From Gemmatimonas sp. (GTDB lineage: Bacteria; Gemmatimonadota; Gemmatimonadetes; Gemmatimonadales; Gemmatimonadaceae): a stretch of DNA of 64,000 nt. Positions 40,721-53,254 of the stretch are shown here, piece by piece (the first letter of the stretch is position 1; the number at the start of each line of letters is the position of its first letter). Location of the stretch: the NCBI GenBank assembly GCA_965279375.1, contig OZ257156.1, forward strand, positions 3,840,001-3,904,000. Reading direction: 5' to 3'. The notes beneath the pieces are model-generated. The model worked only from the letters and a program-made list of their open reading frames with translations. It ran no database searches and was not told the origin of the DNA. The position numbers and the translations under genes are program-made.

Positions 40721-42141
40721 TGCAGCAGCGCACGACGCTCATTGTCGCGGTGGCACTCCTCGCTGCCGGATGCGAAGGGGCCACACCCGCCTCATCAGGC
40801 GCGCAGTCTCGCACACTCCCGGTTCCGCCCGCTCGCGTGGCTCCCCCCGCGCAAGCGATCGCCAATTCTCGTCGCACCGCCATCACAGCGGCCGTGGAAC
40901 GCGTCGCGCCCGCCGTGGTCACCGTGCAGACGGAAACCGTCGAGCGCGTGCCCGTAGACGTGTTCGAGTATTTCAATGGCGGTCGCTCCGGCGAACGCCG
41001 CAGCGCAGGCATCGGCTCCGGATTCATCATCCGCGATGACGGCGTGATCGTCACCAACGCACACGTCATCGGGGGCGCGAGCAAGGTGTCTGTCGCGATG
41101 CGCGACGGTACGACCTACAGCGCGAAGATCATCGGCGTGGACGAGACGAATGATCTGGCCGTCGTGAAGATCGACATGAAGAAGCTGCCGATCGCGCCAC
41201 TCGGCTCTTCGTCCGACCTGCTCGTTGGCGAGTGGACGATCGCCATCGGCAATCCGTTCGGCTTCGTGCTCGGCAACAGCGAGCCCAGTGTCTCGGTGGG
41301 CGTGGTGAGCGCCGTCGGGCGCAATCTGGCAGGACGCGGGGATGGTGGTGGCGTCTACGTCGACATGATCCAGACCGACGCCGCGATCAATCCGGGCAAC
41401 TCCGGCGGCCCACTGGTGAACGCCTCAGGTGAAGTGATTGGCGTGAACAGCTCGATCTACTCGCCAAGCGGCGGCTCGATCGGTTTGGGCTTCGCGATCC
41501 CGATCGATCGCACCAAGCGGATCGTCGAAGATCTGCTGGAGCATGGCGCGGTGCGTCAGCCGTGGGTGGGCCTACGCTTGCAGGCTCTGCAGGCGCAGAG
41601 TGCGCGTGAGGCGGCGACGGCGCGCGCGGTGGTTGAGCGTGTCGTGCCGGGTTCGCCGGCGTCGAAGGCGGGCGTGCAGCCGGGCGATCAGATCGTGCGT
41701 GCGGGCTCGCGCGCCGTGCGCAACTCCTTCGACTGGGATGCGCGGTTGCTCGATCTGCGCGTGGGCGAATCGCTCCCGATCGTGCTGCGGCGCGGCGGAC
41801 GCGACATCACGACGACGCTCCAAGTAGCCGACGCACCGGAAGTGAGCTCGCGCAAAGTCACCGTGCTGCGCGAACTCGAATTGATCACGTTGACCGACGT
41901 GATTCGCCAGGAGCGCGCCATCGATGCGCGCGCCGGCGCGTTGGTCTACAAGCTGTCCGATCGCATCGTCGAAGAGATCGGCCTGCAGGCGGGCGACGTC
42001 ATCATTCAGGTCGGTCGCACGCGCGTCGCCAGCGCCGAAGAAGCGTCAAAGGCGATCGACAGCAATGGCGCACGCGGCCCGGTCTACATCGTGTTCGAGC
42101 GCAGTCGGCAGTTGCTGCAAACTTCGTTTTCTCTACGCTGA
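40720..42141 (+). CDS. HtrA/DegP-family serine protease, probable lipoprotein
   Basis: Lipobox LAAGC, TNAHVI, DLAVVK, TDAAINPGNSGGPL, and PDZ domains. Confidence 0.93.
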   Translation: MQQRTTLIVAVALLAAGCEGATPASSGAQSRTLPVPPARVAPPAQAIANSRRTAITAAVERVAPAVVTVQTETVERVPVDVFEYFNGGRSGERRSAGIGSGFIIRDDGVIVTNAHVIGGASKVSVAMRDGTTYSAKIIGVDETNDLAVVKIDMKKLPIAPLGSSSDLLVGEWTIAIGNPFGFVLGNSEPSVSVGVVSAVGRNLAGRGDGGGVYVDMIQTDAAINPGNSGGPLVNASGEVIGVNSSIYSPSGGSIGLGFAIPIDRTKRIVEDLLEHGAVRQPWVGLRLQALQAQSAREAATARAVVERVVPGSPASKAGVQPGDQIVRAGSRAVRNSFDWDARLLDLRVGESLPIVLRRGGRDITTTLQVADAPEVSSRKVTVLRELELITLTDVIRQERAIDARAGALVYKLSDRIVEEIGLQAGDVIIQVGRTRVASAEEASKAIDSNGARGPVYIVFERSRQLLQTSFSLR

Positions 42142-42158
42142 TCTCTTTACTGATTCCC

Positions 42159-43598
42159 GTGTCCGCTTCCGATTCCTCGACGTACTCCTCGCCGCTCGCC
42201 GAACGCTATGCGTCGCGCGCCATGCTCACACTCTGGGGCGCGGAAACGCGGTACGGGCTGTGGCGTGAGCTGTGGCTGGCCCTCGCGGAGTCGCAGCGTG
42301 AACTCGGAGTGCCGATCCCCGACGAAGCGATCGACCAGATGCGCGCGCATCAGACGGATATCGACTTCGCCGCCGTGGCCGCGTACGAGAAGACGTTCCG
42401 GCACGATGTCATGGCGCATGTGCACGCCTTCGGTGACGTTGCCCCGGCCGCGCGCCCGTTCATTCACCTCGGCGCGACCAGTTGCTTCGTCACGGACAAC
42501 GCGGAGCTCATTCTCATGCGTCGGGGCCTGGTGCTGCTGCGCGAGAAGCTGCTCGACGCACTGGCCGCACTCGCCACCTTCGCGCGTGAGTGGAAGTCGC
42601 TACCGACGCTCGGCTACACGCACCTGCAGCCCGCACAGCTGACGACGGTGGGCAAGCGTGCGACGTTGTGGATGCAGGACATTCTCCTCGACCTCGACGA
42701 TCTCGAGTTCCGCCTGGCGCAGACGCCGTTTCGCGGTGTGAAGGGGACCACGGGCACGCAGGCGAGTTTTCTCTCGCTGTTTGATGGCGATCATGCCAAG
42801 GTGCGCGAACTCGACCGCCTCGTGACGACGCGCATGGGCTTCGCGCGCTCCATTGCGGTCAGTGGCCAGACGTACACGAGAAAGATCGACGCGCAGATTC
42901 TGGGCGTGGTTGCCGGTATTGCGGCAACGGCCTCCAAGTTCTCCGGCGACATTCGCATGCTGCAGGCCTTCGGCGAGATCGAGGAGCCGTTCGAGTCCAA
43001 GCAGATCGGCTCGTCGGCCATGGCCTACAAGCGCAACCCGATGCGCTCCGAGCGTATCGCGTCACTCGCGCGCTTCGTGCTTTCGCTCGAGCCCAACGCC
43101 AACCAGACGCACGCGGTCCAGTACTTCGAGCGCACCCTCGATGACTCGGCCAATCGTCGTCTCGCCATTCCCGAGTCTTTCCTGGCAACCGACGCGATTC
43201 TCGTGTTGATGCAGAACGTCGTGCGTGGGCTCGAGGTGCACCCGGCGCGAATTCGTCGGCGCGTGGACGACGAGTTGCCGTTCATGGCGACGGAAGAGAT
43301 CATCGTGCGGTTTGTGCGCGCCGGCGGCGATCGCCAGGAAGCGCATGAACTCATTCGCGGACACAGCATCGCCGCCTCGCGTGCCGTGAAGGACGGCGCG
43401 CCGCGCAACGACATGCTCGAGCGTCTCGCCGCCGATCCCGCGTTCGGCATCCCTCTCGAGGATCTGCAGGCAGCCGCCGAACCGTCGCGATTTGTCGGAC
43501 GCGCGCCGCAGCAGGTCGACGATTTCCTCGACGAGGTCGTGGCGCCCTGGCTGGCGCGTGACCGCGGCACCGCTGCGGTCGAAGAGGTGCGCGTATGA
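42159..43598 (+). CDS. purB: Adenylosuccinate lyase
   Basis: [29 protein letters not shown]. Confidence 0.96.
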   Translation: MSASDSSTYSSPLAERYASRAMLTLWGAETRYGLWRELWLALAESQRELGVPIPDEAIDQMRAHQTDIDFAAVAAYEKTFRHDVMAHVHAFGDVAPAARPFIHLGATSCFVTDNAELILMRRGLVLLREKLLDALAALATFAREWKSLPTLGYTHLQPAQLTTVGKRATLWMQDILLDLDDLEFRLAQTPFRGVKGTTGTQASFLSLFDGDHAKVRELDRLVTTRMGFARSIAVSGQTYTRKIDAQILGVVAGIAATASKFSGDIRMLQAFGEIEEPFESKQIGSSAMAYKRNPMRSERIASLARFVLSLEPNANQTHAVQYFERTLDDSANRRLAIPESFLATDAILVLMQNVVRGLEVHPARIRRRVDDELPFMATEEIIVRFVRAGGDRQEAHELIRGHSIAASRAVKDGAPRNDMLERLAADPAFGIPLEDLQAAAEPSRFVGRAPQQVDDFLDEVVAPWLARDRGTAAVEEVRV

Positions 43599-44548
43599 GC
43601 GTGAACGCTGCGGCGCTGACGTCGACGGCCCTTCCCTTGCCGCTACTTCGTCGCGGCAAGGTGCGTGACGTCTACATCGTTGATGATGACCGCCTGTTGC
43701 TGGTGACGACGGATCGCATCAGTGCGTTCGACGTGGTGATGAACGAGGCCATTCCGTACAAGGGCGCCGTGCTCACCCAGCTCACCGCATGGTGGTTGTC
43801 GCAGTTGGCTGGCACGGTGGAACATCATCTCATCTCCGCCGAAACCGATGAGATCATCGCGGCAGTGCCGTCGCTCGCGCCGTATCGCGATGCGCTGGCG
43901 GGTCGGGCGATGCTCTGCGTTCGTGCCGACGTCGTTCCCATCGAATGCGTGATTCGCGGCTACATCACCGGCTCGGCCTGGAAGGAATACGCGACGTCGG
44001 GCACGTTGGCCGGCGAGCAGCTCGCGCAGGGTTTGCGCGAAAGCGATCGCCTCGATCCGCCGATTTTCAGCCCCGCGACCAAAGCCGAGACCGGACACGA
44101 CGAGAACATCACGATTGCGAGTGTGATTCAGAGCGTGGGCGCTGATGTCGCCGCGCAGCTCGAACGCTTCGCTCGCGATGTGTACGAGTTCGGTCGTGCG
44201 ACGGCGGCACCGCGCGGCATCATCGTGGCCGATACAAAGTTTGAATTCGGTTGGCGCAACGGTCGCTTGCTGCTCATCGACGAAGTGTTGACGCCGGACA
44301 GCTCGCGTTTCTGGCCGGCAGCGGAGTATGCGCCGGGCCGTGGCCAGCCGAGCTTCGATAAGCAGCCGTTGCGAGACTGGCTGGACGTGGAACGCCGCGC
44401 CGGTCGCTGGAATGGAGACGCGCCGCCGCCGACGTTGCCGCCGGAAGTGATCGCAGCCACCAGCCTGCGCTACCGGGATGCATTCCTTCGACTGACCGGT
44501 TCGCCGCTCGACCTCGCCCGACTGGGTCTCCCGGTGGAGCGCGCATGA
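43595..44548 (+). CDS. purC: SAICAR synthetase
   Basis: [34 protein letters not shown]. Confidence 0.96.
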   Translation: MSVNAAALTSTALPLPLLRRGKVRDVYIVDDDRLLLVTTDRISAFDVVMNEAIPYKGAVLTQLTAWWLSQLAGTVEHHLISAETDEIIAAVPSLAPYRDALAGRAMLCVRADVVPIECVIRGYITGSAWKEYATSGTLAGEQLAQGLRESDRLDPPIFSPATKAETGHDENITIASVIQSVGADVAAQLERFARDVYEFGRATAAPRGIIVADTKFEFGWRNGRLLLIDEVLTPDSSRFWPAAEYAPGRGQPSFDKQPLRDWLDVERRAGRWNGDAPPPTLPPEVIAATSLRYRDAFLRLTGSPLDLARLGLPVERA

Positions 44549-44733
44549 CATTCGCCCGCGAAGGCTTCGCGTACATGATTGGTTCCGCAGCGATTGCGGC
44601 GCTGATGTTCGCAGCGGCCCTTCGCTTTCGGTCGTGGCCGCTCTGGCTCACGGCGTTGGCTCTGACAGTTGTCTCGTTGGCCGTCGCGTGGTGCTATCGC
44701 GTGCCGGTGATCGAGCGCCTTCCGGTGGCGTGA
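44545..44733 (+). CDS. 62-aa membrane peptide resembling only the N-terminal anchor of phosphatidylserine decarboxylase (truncated psd)
   Basis: FAREG start, two hydrophobic helices, and WCYRVP where Psd has FFRDP. It sits immediately before pssA and is overlap-coupled at both ends. Confidence 0.6.
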   Translation: MTFAREGFAYMIGSAAIAALMFAAALRFRSWPLWLTALALTVVSLAVAWCYRVPVIERLPVA

Positions 44734-45644
44734 TGGCGGACCTCCTCGAACGTCCACGTCGATTGCGTCCGCGCGCAGCGATCGCCCTGCCGAATGGATT
44801 CACGCTCGCGAATCTCTTCTTCGGCATCTTTGCCATCGTGGCGGCCTCACGCGGCGAGTTCGACGCGGCGGCGCGCTACATCGTGTTCGGCGGTATCGCT
44901 GACACGCTCGATGGTCGCATTGCGCGCGCCACGAACTCCGGCACCAAGTTCGGCTCCGAGTTGGACTCGCTCGTCGACGCGATCTCCTTCGGCACGGCGC
45001 CGGCGTTGATCATGTACTTCGTCGTGCTCAACAAGACCGGCTGGGACTGGATCTTCTGCTTCTTCTTCACGGCGTGCGCGGTCATGCGCCTGGCGCGCTT
45101 CAACGTGGAGCAGGCCGGCCGGAAGGTCACGCACTTCACTGGTCTGCCGAGTCCCGCGGCCGGCGGTACACTGGCTACGTACTTCTGGTTCAGCCAGACC
45201 AAGCTCTACACCGACACGATCATCGGAGATCTGCCGTGGCATCAGATGCTACGGTGGCTCATGCTCGGCTTGGGCATGTTGATGATCAGCAACGTGCAGT
45301 ACGCGAAGGTACCGCAGGTCGGCTTTCGCACGTTGCGCGGACTGCTCGGACTGCTGCTCGTCATCGCGACGTTCGCGGGCATCATCTTCCTGCCCAAGCA
45401 GTTCTTCTTTTTGGCTGGTATGTCATACGTGCTGTATGGCATTGGCCGCACCGTGTTCCTCGGTCTGCTGGAACGCTTGCCGGTCGTGCGGGACGACCAT
45501 CACGATGACCACTCAGACGATTCCGACCAGCATCCGCTGACGCCTGAGGAAGAAGCGGAATCACAGCGACAGCGGCGTCGGCGCCGTCGTCAATCACGAA
45601 ACAATCCGGGCCGCACGCGCGGCCGCGAGGATCCCTTGGCATGA
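44733..45644 (+). CDS. pssA: CDP-diacylglycerol--serine O-phosphatidyltransferase
   Basis: LPNGFTLANL, DTLDGRIAR, GSELDSLVDAISFG.AP, RLARFN, FTGLPSP. Confidence 0.92.
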   Translation: MADLLERPRRLRPRAAIALPNGFTLANLFFGIFAIVAASRGEFDAAARYIVFGGIADTLDGRIARATNSGTKFGSELDSLVDAISFGTAPALIMYFVVLNKTGWDWIFCFFFTACAVMRLARFNVEQAGRKVTHFTGLPSPAAGGTLATYFWFSQTKLYTDTIIGDLPWHQMLRWLMLGLGMLMISNVQYAKVPQVGFRTLRGLLGLLLVIATFAGIIFLPKQFFFLAGMSYVLYGIGRTVFLGLLERLPVVRDDHHDDHSDDSDQHPLTPEEEAESQRQRRRRRRQSRNNPGRTRGREDPLA

Positions 45645-45894
45645 CCCGTTATCGCCTGTCGGTCCACATCGTGCCGCGCCGCGGCATTCTCGATCCCCAG
45701 GGCAAGGCCGTGTCGGATGCACTGCATTCACTCGGCTTTGCGCACGTTGGTGACGTGCGCGTGGGTCGCTATCTGATTCTCGATACCGAAGCGGAGAGCG
45801 CGGATGCGGCACGCGCAGCGGCGCGTACCATGTGCGAGAAGCTGCTCGCGAATCCCGTCACCGAAGATTTCGAAATCGCAGCGGTGGAGCAGGC

Positions 45895-45898
<4 letters not shown>
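45641..45898 (+). CDS. purS: FGAM synthase subunit PurS
   Basis: ILDPQGKAV, CEKLLANPVTEDF. Confidence 0.95.
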
Positions 45899-46595
<697 letters not shown>

Positions 46596-46599
<4 letters not shown>

Positions 46600-48905
46600 G
46601 TACCGTGCTTCCCCGCGCCGGCGATCCAGCGATCACGCCTGCGCTCGTCGCCGAACATGGCATCACGCCACTCGAGTACGAGCGCTTGGTCAACATGCTT
46701 GGCCGTACGCCGACGTTTACCGAAATCGGCGTCGTGAGCGCGCTCTGGAGCGAGCACTGCTCGTACAAGCACTCGCGCCCGTTGCTCAAGACGCTGCCCA
46801 CCAAGGCGCCGTGGGTGCTGCAGGGTCCTGGTGAGAACGCCGGTGTCATCTCGGTTGGTGACGGGCTCGCAGTCGCGTTCAAGATCGAATCGCACAATCA
46901 CCCGTCTGCTGTCGAACCGTATCAGGGTGCGGCAACGGGCGTCGGAGGCATTCTCCGCGACGTCTTTACCATGGGCGCGCGTCCGATCGCACTGCTCAAC
47001 TCGCTCCGCTTCGGCCCGCTTACCAGCCCGCGCGTGCGCTGGCTCTTTGCCGGTGTGGTGAAAGGCATCGGCGACTACGGCAACTGCATCGGCGTACCGA
47101 CGGTTGGCGGCGAAGTGGTGTTCGATCCCTCGTACGAAGGCAACCCGTTGGTCAACGCGATGTGCGTTGGCCTCATGCGCGAGGACGAACTCATTCGCGC
47201 CGTCGCATCGGGTGTGGGCAATCCGATCATGGCCGTCGGTGCACGCACGGGTCGCGACGGAATTCACGGCGCGTCGTTTGCCAGCGAAGATCTGTCGGAA
47301 GAGAGCGAGGCCAAGCGACCGATGGTGCAGGTCGGCGATCCGTTCACGGAAAAGCTGCTCCTCGAAGCCTCGCTCGAACTCATTCGAAGCGGCAGCATCG
47401 TTGCCATTCAGGACATGGGCGCGGCTGGCCTCACATCCTCATCGGCGGAAATGGCCGAGCGTGGCGACGTGGGCGTGACGATCGATGTCACCAAGGTGCC
47501 GGTGCGCGAAACGGGGATGACACCCTACGAAATCCTGCTGTCCGAGTCGCAGGAGCGCATGCTCGTCGTGGCCAAGCAGGGTCACGAGGACGCGGTGCGG
47601 GCCATTCTGGCCAAGTGGGATCTCGAAGCTGCCGTGATCGGCGAAGTGATCGCGGAGCCGGTCTATCGTGTGACCGAGGGCGATACAGTTGTCGCCGAGT
47701 TCCCGGGCTCGCGCCTCGTCACGGAATGCCCCCAGTACACGATCGACGGCAAGGAGAGCGAAGCGCTTCGCTCGGCGCGCCACGTCGATCCGCTTGGGGT
47801 CGCTCCGCTGCCGGAAGAGCGTGACCATTCGTGGACCCTCGAGCGGTTGCTTTCGTCGCCGACGATCGCCAGCAAGGCGTGGGTGTGGCGTCAGTACGAT
47901 TCAACCGTGCGTACGAGCACTGTACGCGGCCCTGGCAGCGATGCCGCGGTGGTACGTCTGCGTGGCACTGACAAGGCGCTCGCGTTGTGCATCGACGGCA
48001 ACGGCCGCCACGTTGCGCTGTCGCCGCGCAACGGCGGACGCGCTGCGGTGTGCGAGGCAGCGCGCAATGTCGCGTGCGCCGGCGCACGTCCGATGGCGAT
48101 CACGAACAACCTCAACTTCGGCAATCCCAAGAAGCCCGAGGTGTATTTCCAGCTCAGCGAAGCGATCGCAGGCATGGGAGAGGCATGCACGATTCTCGAA
48201 ACGCCGGTGACCGGCGGCAACGTGTCGTTGTACAACGAGAATCCGCAGGGCGCGATTCATCCGACGCCCACCATCGGCATGGTCGGTTTGATCGAGTCGC
48301 TCGCACACGTCACGCCGTCCGCGTTCCAGCAGGCGGGCGACGAGATCGTGTTGCTCGGCGAGCCGACGTCGGAGTTGGGCGCGAGCGAATACCTGCAGAC
48401 GATTCATGGACTCACCATCGGCGAGCCGCCGCGTTGTGATCCGGCATCGGAACGTCGTCTCATCGACGCGTTGCTCGACTCCATCAAGGCAGGCGTCGTG
48501 CGCTCGGCGCATGATTGCAGTGACGGCGGCCTGGCCATCGCGCTTGCGGAATGCGCCATGCTCGACCGCACCGCCCCACTCGGCTTCACCGTCGATCTCT
48601 CTGCGTGGGCGACGCTGCCGCACCGTGCGCTGCTCTTCGGTGAAGCGCATGGCCGCGTCGTTGTCTCGACGAAGAATGCTGCCGATGTCATGCGCATTGC
48701 GACCAAGCACGGCGTACCGGCTCGCGTTATCGGCACGGTCACCGACGCCGCTGAGGGCGCTCGCTTCACCATCTCCGACGACGTCTTCGCTGCGCCAATC
48801 GAGTGGCTGGCGGCGGCGTTTCACAACGCCATCGGAACTGTCATGGACGGCGAGACTCCCGCCGAACATGCGGTAGCTGCTGCACACGTACCTTCCAACG
48901 ACTGA
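46596..48905 (+). CDS. purL: FGAM synthase subunit PurL
   Basis: [40 protein letters not shown]. Confidence 0.97.
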
Positions 48906-48920
48906 CCTGGAGTCCTCCAC

Positions 48921-50324
48921 ATGTGTGGCATATTCGGCGTATACGGACATCACGATGCGGCTGCGCTCACGCAGCTCGGCTTGTATTCGTTGCAGCATCG
49001 CGGTCAGGAGTCTGCCGGCATCGTCGCCGTTGATGAGGCGGGACATGCGCGCATCAGTCGTGCGATGGGGCTCGTATCCGAGGGATTCGGCGACGAGGAA
49101 ATGGAGCAGCTACGCGGCTCCATCGGCGTTGGCCATACGCGTTACAGCACCGCCGGTGGTTCGGCGATCGAGAACGCGCAGCCGATCCTGGCGCGCGTAC
49201 GCCGCGGGCACATCGCGCTCGCGCACAACGGCAACCTGACCAACGCCGTCGAACTGCGTCGCGAACTCGAGGATGACGGTTCCATTTTCGCGTCCACGAT
49301 GGACTCGGAAGTCATCGTGCATCGCATCGCGCGCGCGCAGGCCGCGACACCCGAACTGCGCGTCGCCGAAGCGCTGGCGGGTGTGGAAGGCGCCTACTGC
49401 CTGCTCGTCGTCATCGACGATACGGTGATCGTCGCGCGCGACCCGCATGGATGGCGGCCGCTCGTGATGGGCAAGCTCGGTGATGCGTGGGTATTTGCGT
49501 CCGAGACGTGCGCGCTTGACATCGTCGGGGCTACCATCGAACGCGAAGTGGAGCCGGGCGAGATCATCGCGGTGGATGCGCACGGCCTGCGCTCGGTGCA
49601 GGGATTCGCGTCGAAGCCGATTCATCGTTGCGTGTTCGAGCACGTCTACTTTGCGCGCCCCGACAGCAAGGTATTCAACGGTTCGGTGGACAAGTCGCGT
49701 CGCGCGTTAGGCCGTCGCCTCGCGATCGAATGCCCTGCTCCCGGCGCTGAAGTCGTTTTCGCTGTGCCCGATTCGTCCAACTCGGCGGCGCTCGGCTTTT
49801 CCGATCAGTCGGGCATTCCGTACGAACTCGCGCTGATTCGCAATCACTACATCGGCCGCACATTCATTCAGCCGACGCAGGCCGGACGCGATGCGAAGGT
49901 GAAGGTGAAGTACAACCCGGTACGCGAATTGCTCGAGGGCAAGAGCGTGGTGATGGTGGATGACTCGATCGTGCGTGGTACCACCACGCGCGGCCTCGTG
50001 TCCATCGTCCGTGCCGCTGGTGCGCGCGAAGTGCACATGCGCGTGAGCAGCGCACCGATCATCAGCCCGTGCTACTATGGCATCGATACCCCGCGCCGGG
50101 AGGAGCTCATCGCCGCGACCATGACCCACGATGAGCTCGTTCGTCATCTGGGCGTCGACTCATTGGGCTACCTTTCGCTCGATGGTATGCTCGAAGCAAT
50201 GCCGCAGGGGCCGGGTGGCTATTGCCACGCCTGTTTCTCCGGCCGCTATCCCACCGCTATTCCCTCCGAACCAGAGTTGTTGCGCGCTGGCAGTGAAGCC
50301 GCAATTCCCGCTGGTATTGCCTGA
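48921..50324 (+). CDS. purF: Amidophosphoribosyltransferase
   Basis: MCGIFG, LQHRGQESAG, GHTRYST, VDDSIVRGTT. Confidence 0.97.
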   Translation: MCGIFGVYGHHDAAALTQLGLYSLQHRGQESAGIVAVDEAGHARISRAMGLVSEGFGDEEMEQLRGSIGVGHTRYSTAGGSAIENAQPILARVRRGHIALAHNGNLTNAVELRRELEDDGSIFASTMDSEVIVHRIARAQAATPELRVAEALAGVEGAYCLLVVIDDTVIVARDPHGWRPLVMGKLGDAWVFASETCALDIVGATIEREVEPGEIIAVDAHGLRSVQGFASKPIHRCVFEHVYFARPDSKVFNGSVDKSRRALGRRLAIECPAPGAEVVFAVPDSSNSAALGFSDQSGIPYELALIRNHYIGRTFIQPTQAGRDAKVKVKYNPVRELLEGKSVVMVDDSIVRGTTTRGLVSIVRAAGAREVHMRVSSAPIISPCYYGIDTPRREELIAATMTHDELVRHLGVDSLGYLSLDGMLEAMPQGPGGYCHACFSGRYPTAIPSEPELLRAGSEAAIPAGIA

Positions 50325-50341
50325 CATCAAGGAGAACCTTT

Positions 50342-53008
50342 GTGATTCGTTCCGTCTATTCGTTCGGGAACGGCAGGGCTGACGGTACGCGGGTCATGAA
50401 GGCGGAGTTGGGCGGCAAGGGTGCGAATCTCGCTGAGATGACGAATCTCGGCGTACCCGTGCCGCCAGGCTTCACGATTACGACGGCAGTGTGCGTCGAG
50501 TATCTCGATGGCGGGACAATTCCGGCGCATGTCCGCGACGAAGTCGCCGTGGCGCTGGTACAACTCGAAACCGCGAGCGGAAAGCGCTTCGGCGAGGCGT
50601 CCAACCCCCTGCTCGTTTCCGTGCGCTCCGGTGCGGCAGTCTCGATGCCCGGCATGATGGAAACGATCCTCAACCTTGGTCTCAACGACGAGACCGTTGA
50701 GGGACTGGCCGCCGCCAGCGCGAACCCTCGGTTCGCCTTCGATTCGTATCGCCGCTTCTTGCAGATGTACGCCGACGTCGTGCTGGGCGTGCCCCTGCAC
50801 TCCTTCGAGCAGCTGTTGGGCTCCAAGAAGATGCTCAACGGTGTCACGAGCGACGCCGAGCTCCCCGCGGATGCATTGCGCACGCTCGTTGCCGAATACA
50901 AGCAGCTGATTCGCCACGTCACCGGCGCCGATTTCCCGATGGATCCGCGCGAGCAGCTCTGGGGTGCGATCGAAGCGGTGTGGCGCTCGTGGACGCTCAA
51001 GAAGGCGATCGACTATCGGCGCGTCAACGGCATTCCGCACAACCTCGGCACCGCGGTCAACATCGTGTCGATGGTGTTCGGCAATATGGGCGATGACTCG
51101 GGAACCGGCGTTGCGTTCACGCGCGATCCGTCCACCGGCGAGCGCAAGTTCTACGGCGAGTTCCTAGTGAACGCGCAGGGCGAAGACGTCGTCGCCGGCA
51201 TTCGCACGCCGCTGCACATCGACGAGATGGCGCAGCATCTTCCGGCCGCGTACGCACAGCTGTTGGAGACGCAGGATCGTTTGGAGCGCCACTTCCGCGA
51301 CATGCAGGACATCGAGTTCACCGTCGAACGTGGCACGCTGTACCTGCTGCAGACGCGCACGGGCAAGCGCACCACCGCGGCTGCTCTGCGCATCGCGACG
51401 GACATGGTCGAAGAAGGACTGATCGATCAGCGCGATGCCGTGCGCCGTCTCGAACCGTCGCAGCTGGATCAATTGCTGCATCGCGTCATTAGCCCGACGG
51501 TGCGCGCGGAAGCGATCGCCACGGGTCTGCCCGCTAGTCCGGGTGCAGCGAGCGGTATCGCCGTGTTCGATCCTGACGCAGCCGAACAGCGCGCGGCCAA
51601 GGGCGAGCTGGTGATTCTGGTGCGCGATGAAACAACGCCTGAAGACTTTCACGGCATGGTGGCGGCGCGCGCAATTCTCACGGCGCGCGGCGGCATGACC
51701 AGTCACGCGGCCGTCGTGGCGCGCGGCATGGGCAAGTGCGCGGTCGTGGGCTGCACCGCCGCCGAGATCTCGCACGAGAGTCGCCGGATGACCGTCGGGA
51801 ATGTCGTCGTGAACGAAGGTGACTGGATCACGCTCGACGGCTCGACGGGACGTGTCTTCCTCGGCGAACTGCCGATGGTGCCGAGTGAGGTGATGCGCGT
51901 GACATCGGGCCAGCTGAATGAGCGTGAGGCGCCGGTGTATCAGGCGTTCTCCCGCTTGATGGGCTGGTCGGACGAGTATCGTCGACTGCGCGTTCGCGCG
52001 AATGCCGACACACCGCGTGACGCTCGCGTGGCGCGCAACTTTGGTGCGGAAGGCATTGGCCTGTGTCGCACCGAGCACATGTTCTTCGAAGGCGAACGTA
52101 TTCTCGCGATGCGAGAGATGATCGTCGCGCGCGACTTGCATGGTCGGCGGCGCGCGCTTGAGAAGTTGCTCCCGATGCAGCGTAGCGATTTTGAAGGGAT
52201 CTTCGAAGCGATGGACGGACTGCCGGTGACGATTCGCCTGCTCGATCCGCCGCTGCACGAATTCCTGCCGCATGGTGGTGAAGAGTCGACGATGCTCGCC
52301 AAGACGCTGGGGCTCACGCGAGTCGAGCTGGGGCGCATCGTGGAGAGTCTGCGCGAGACGAATCCGATGCTCGGCCATCGCGGATGCCGGCTCGGTATCG
52401 TGTATCCCGAAATCACCGAGATGCAGGCGCGCGCCATCTTCGAGGCAGCGGTCAAGGCCACACGCCGCGGCATCGAGGTGACTCCCGAGATCATGGTGCC
52501 GCTAGTTTCCGACGTGGCCGAGTTGCGCCATCAGCGCGCGGTCATCGAGAGTGCCGCCGAACAGGTCATGGGTGCGATGGGCGAGCACGTGCCGTATCTC
52601 ATCGGCACGATGATCGAGTTGCCACGCGCAGCACTGACTGCCGATGAGATCGCCACCGAAGCGGAGTTTTTCTCGTTCGGCACCAACGATCTCACGCAAA
52701 CGACGTTCGGCCTCAGCCGGGACGACGCTGGACGCTTCCTGCCCCAGTATCTGGAGCGCGGCATCCTACACTCCGATCCGTTCCAAGTGTTGGATGCCAA
52801 GGGCGTCGGCAAGCTCATCCAGTGGGCCGTGCGTGACGGCCGCGAGACGCGTCCAAAGTTGAAGGTGGGCATCTGTGGCGAACACGGCGGCGAACCGCAG
52901 TCGGTAGCGTTCTGCCATCGTGCGGGATTGGACTACGTGTCTTGCTCGCCGTATCGGGTACCGGTGGCGCGACTCGCTGCGGCCCAGGCAGCGCTCGCCG
53001 ACGCGTAG
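50342..53008 (+). CDS. ppdK: Pyruvate, phosphate dikinase
   Basis: LGGKGANLAEM, SMPGMMETILNLG, GGMTSHAAVVARG, SFGTNDLTQ, GICGEHGG. Confidence 0.97.
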   Translation: MIRSVYSFGNGRADGTRVMKAELGGKGANLAEMTNLGVPVPPGFTITTAVCVEYLDGGTIPAHVRDEVAVALVQLETASGKRFGEASNPLLVSVRSGAAVSMPGMMETILNLGLNDETVEGLAAASANPRFAFDSYRRFLQMYADVVLGVPLHSFEQLLGSKKMLNGVTSDAELPADALRTLVAEYKQLIRHVTGADFPMDPREQLWGAIEAVWRSWTLKKAIDYRRVNGIPHNLGTAVNIVSMVFGNMGDDSGTGVAFTRDPSTGERKFYGEFLVNAQGEDVVAGIRTPLHIDEMAQHLPAAYAQLLETQDRLERHFRDMQDIEFTVERGTLYLLQTRTGKRTTAAALRIATDMVEEGLIDQRDAVRRLEPSQLDQLLHRVISPTVRAEAIATGLPASPGAASGIAVFDPDAAEQRAAKGELVILVRDETTPEDFHGMVAARAILTARGGMTSHAAVVARGMGKCAVVGCTAAEISHESRRMTVGNVVVNEGDWITLDGSTGRVFLGELPMVPSEVMRVTSGQLNEREAPVYQAFSRLMGWSDEYRRLRVRANADTPRDARVARNFGAEGIGLCRTEHMFFEGERILAMREMIVARDLHGRRRALEKLLPMQRSDFEGIFEAMDGLPVTIRLLDPPLHEFLPHGGEESTMLAKTLGLTRVELGRIVESLRETNPMLGHRGCRLGIVYPEITEMQARAIFEAAVKATRRGIEVTPEIMVPLVSDVAELRHQRAVIESAAEQVMGAMGEHVPYLIGTMIELPRAALTADEIATEAEFFSFGTNDLTQTTFGLSRDDAGRFLPQYLERGILHSDPFQVLDAKGVGKLIQWAVRDGRETRPKLKVGICGEHGGEPQSVAFCHRAGLDYVSCSPYRVPVARLAAAQAALADA

Positions 53009-53133
53009 TCGTAGACGTTCGAGATGTAGTTCCGCGCGCTGGTCGCGACTGTGCTCGCTCGGCCGGCTCAGTTCGATGCTCCGATCTCCGACGAAAACTG
53101 TTCTGATTCTCCAGATCGATGGCGCAGTGGAGC

Positions 53134-53171
53134 AACCGGCGATGCGATGCATGCATCGCCGTTGTTGTTGT
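53134..53171 (+). terminator. Possible terminator hairpin downstream of ppdK
   Basis: GGCGATGC...GCATCGCC stem followed by GTTGTTGTTGT. Confidence 0.4.
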
Positions 53172-53254
53172 ATCGCTGCCACAGAGACCACGTATATTCG
53201 TTCATTCCCATGAAATGAATAGTTACGGAGTAGCGGCCTCCCACTTGCACGTCC

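Noticed and set aside
53009..53254. att duplicate of the tmRNA 3' end
   Set aside because: Only a 7-nt AGTGGAG match near 53126, which is not significant.
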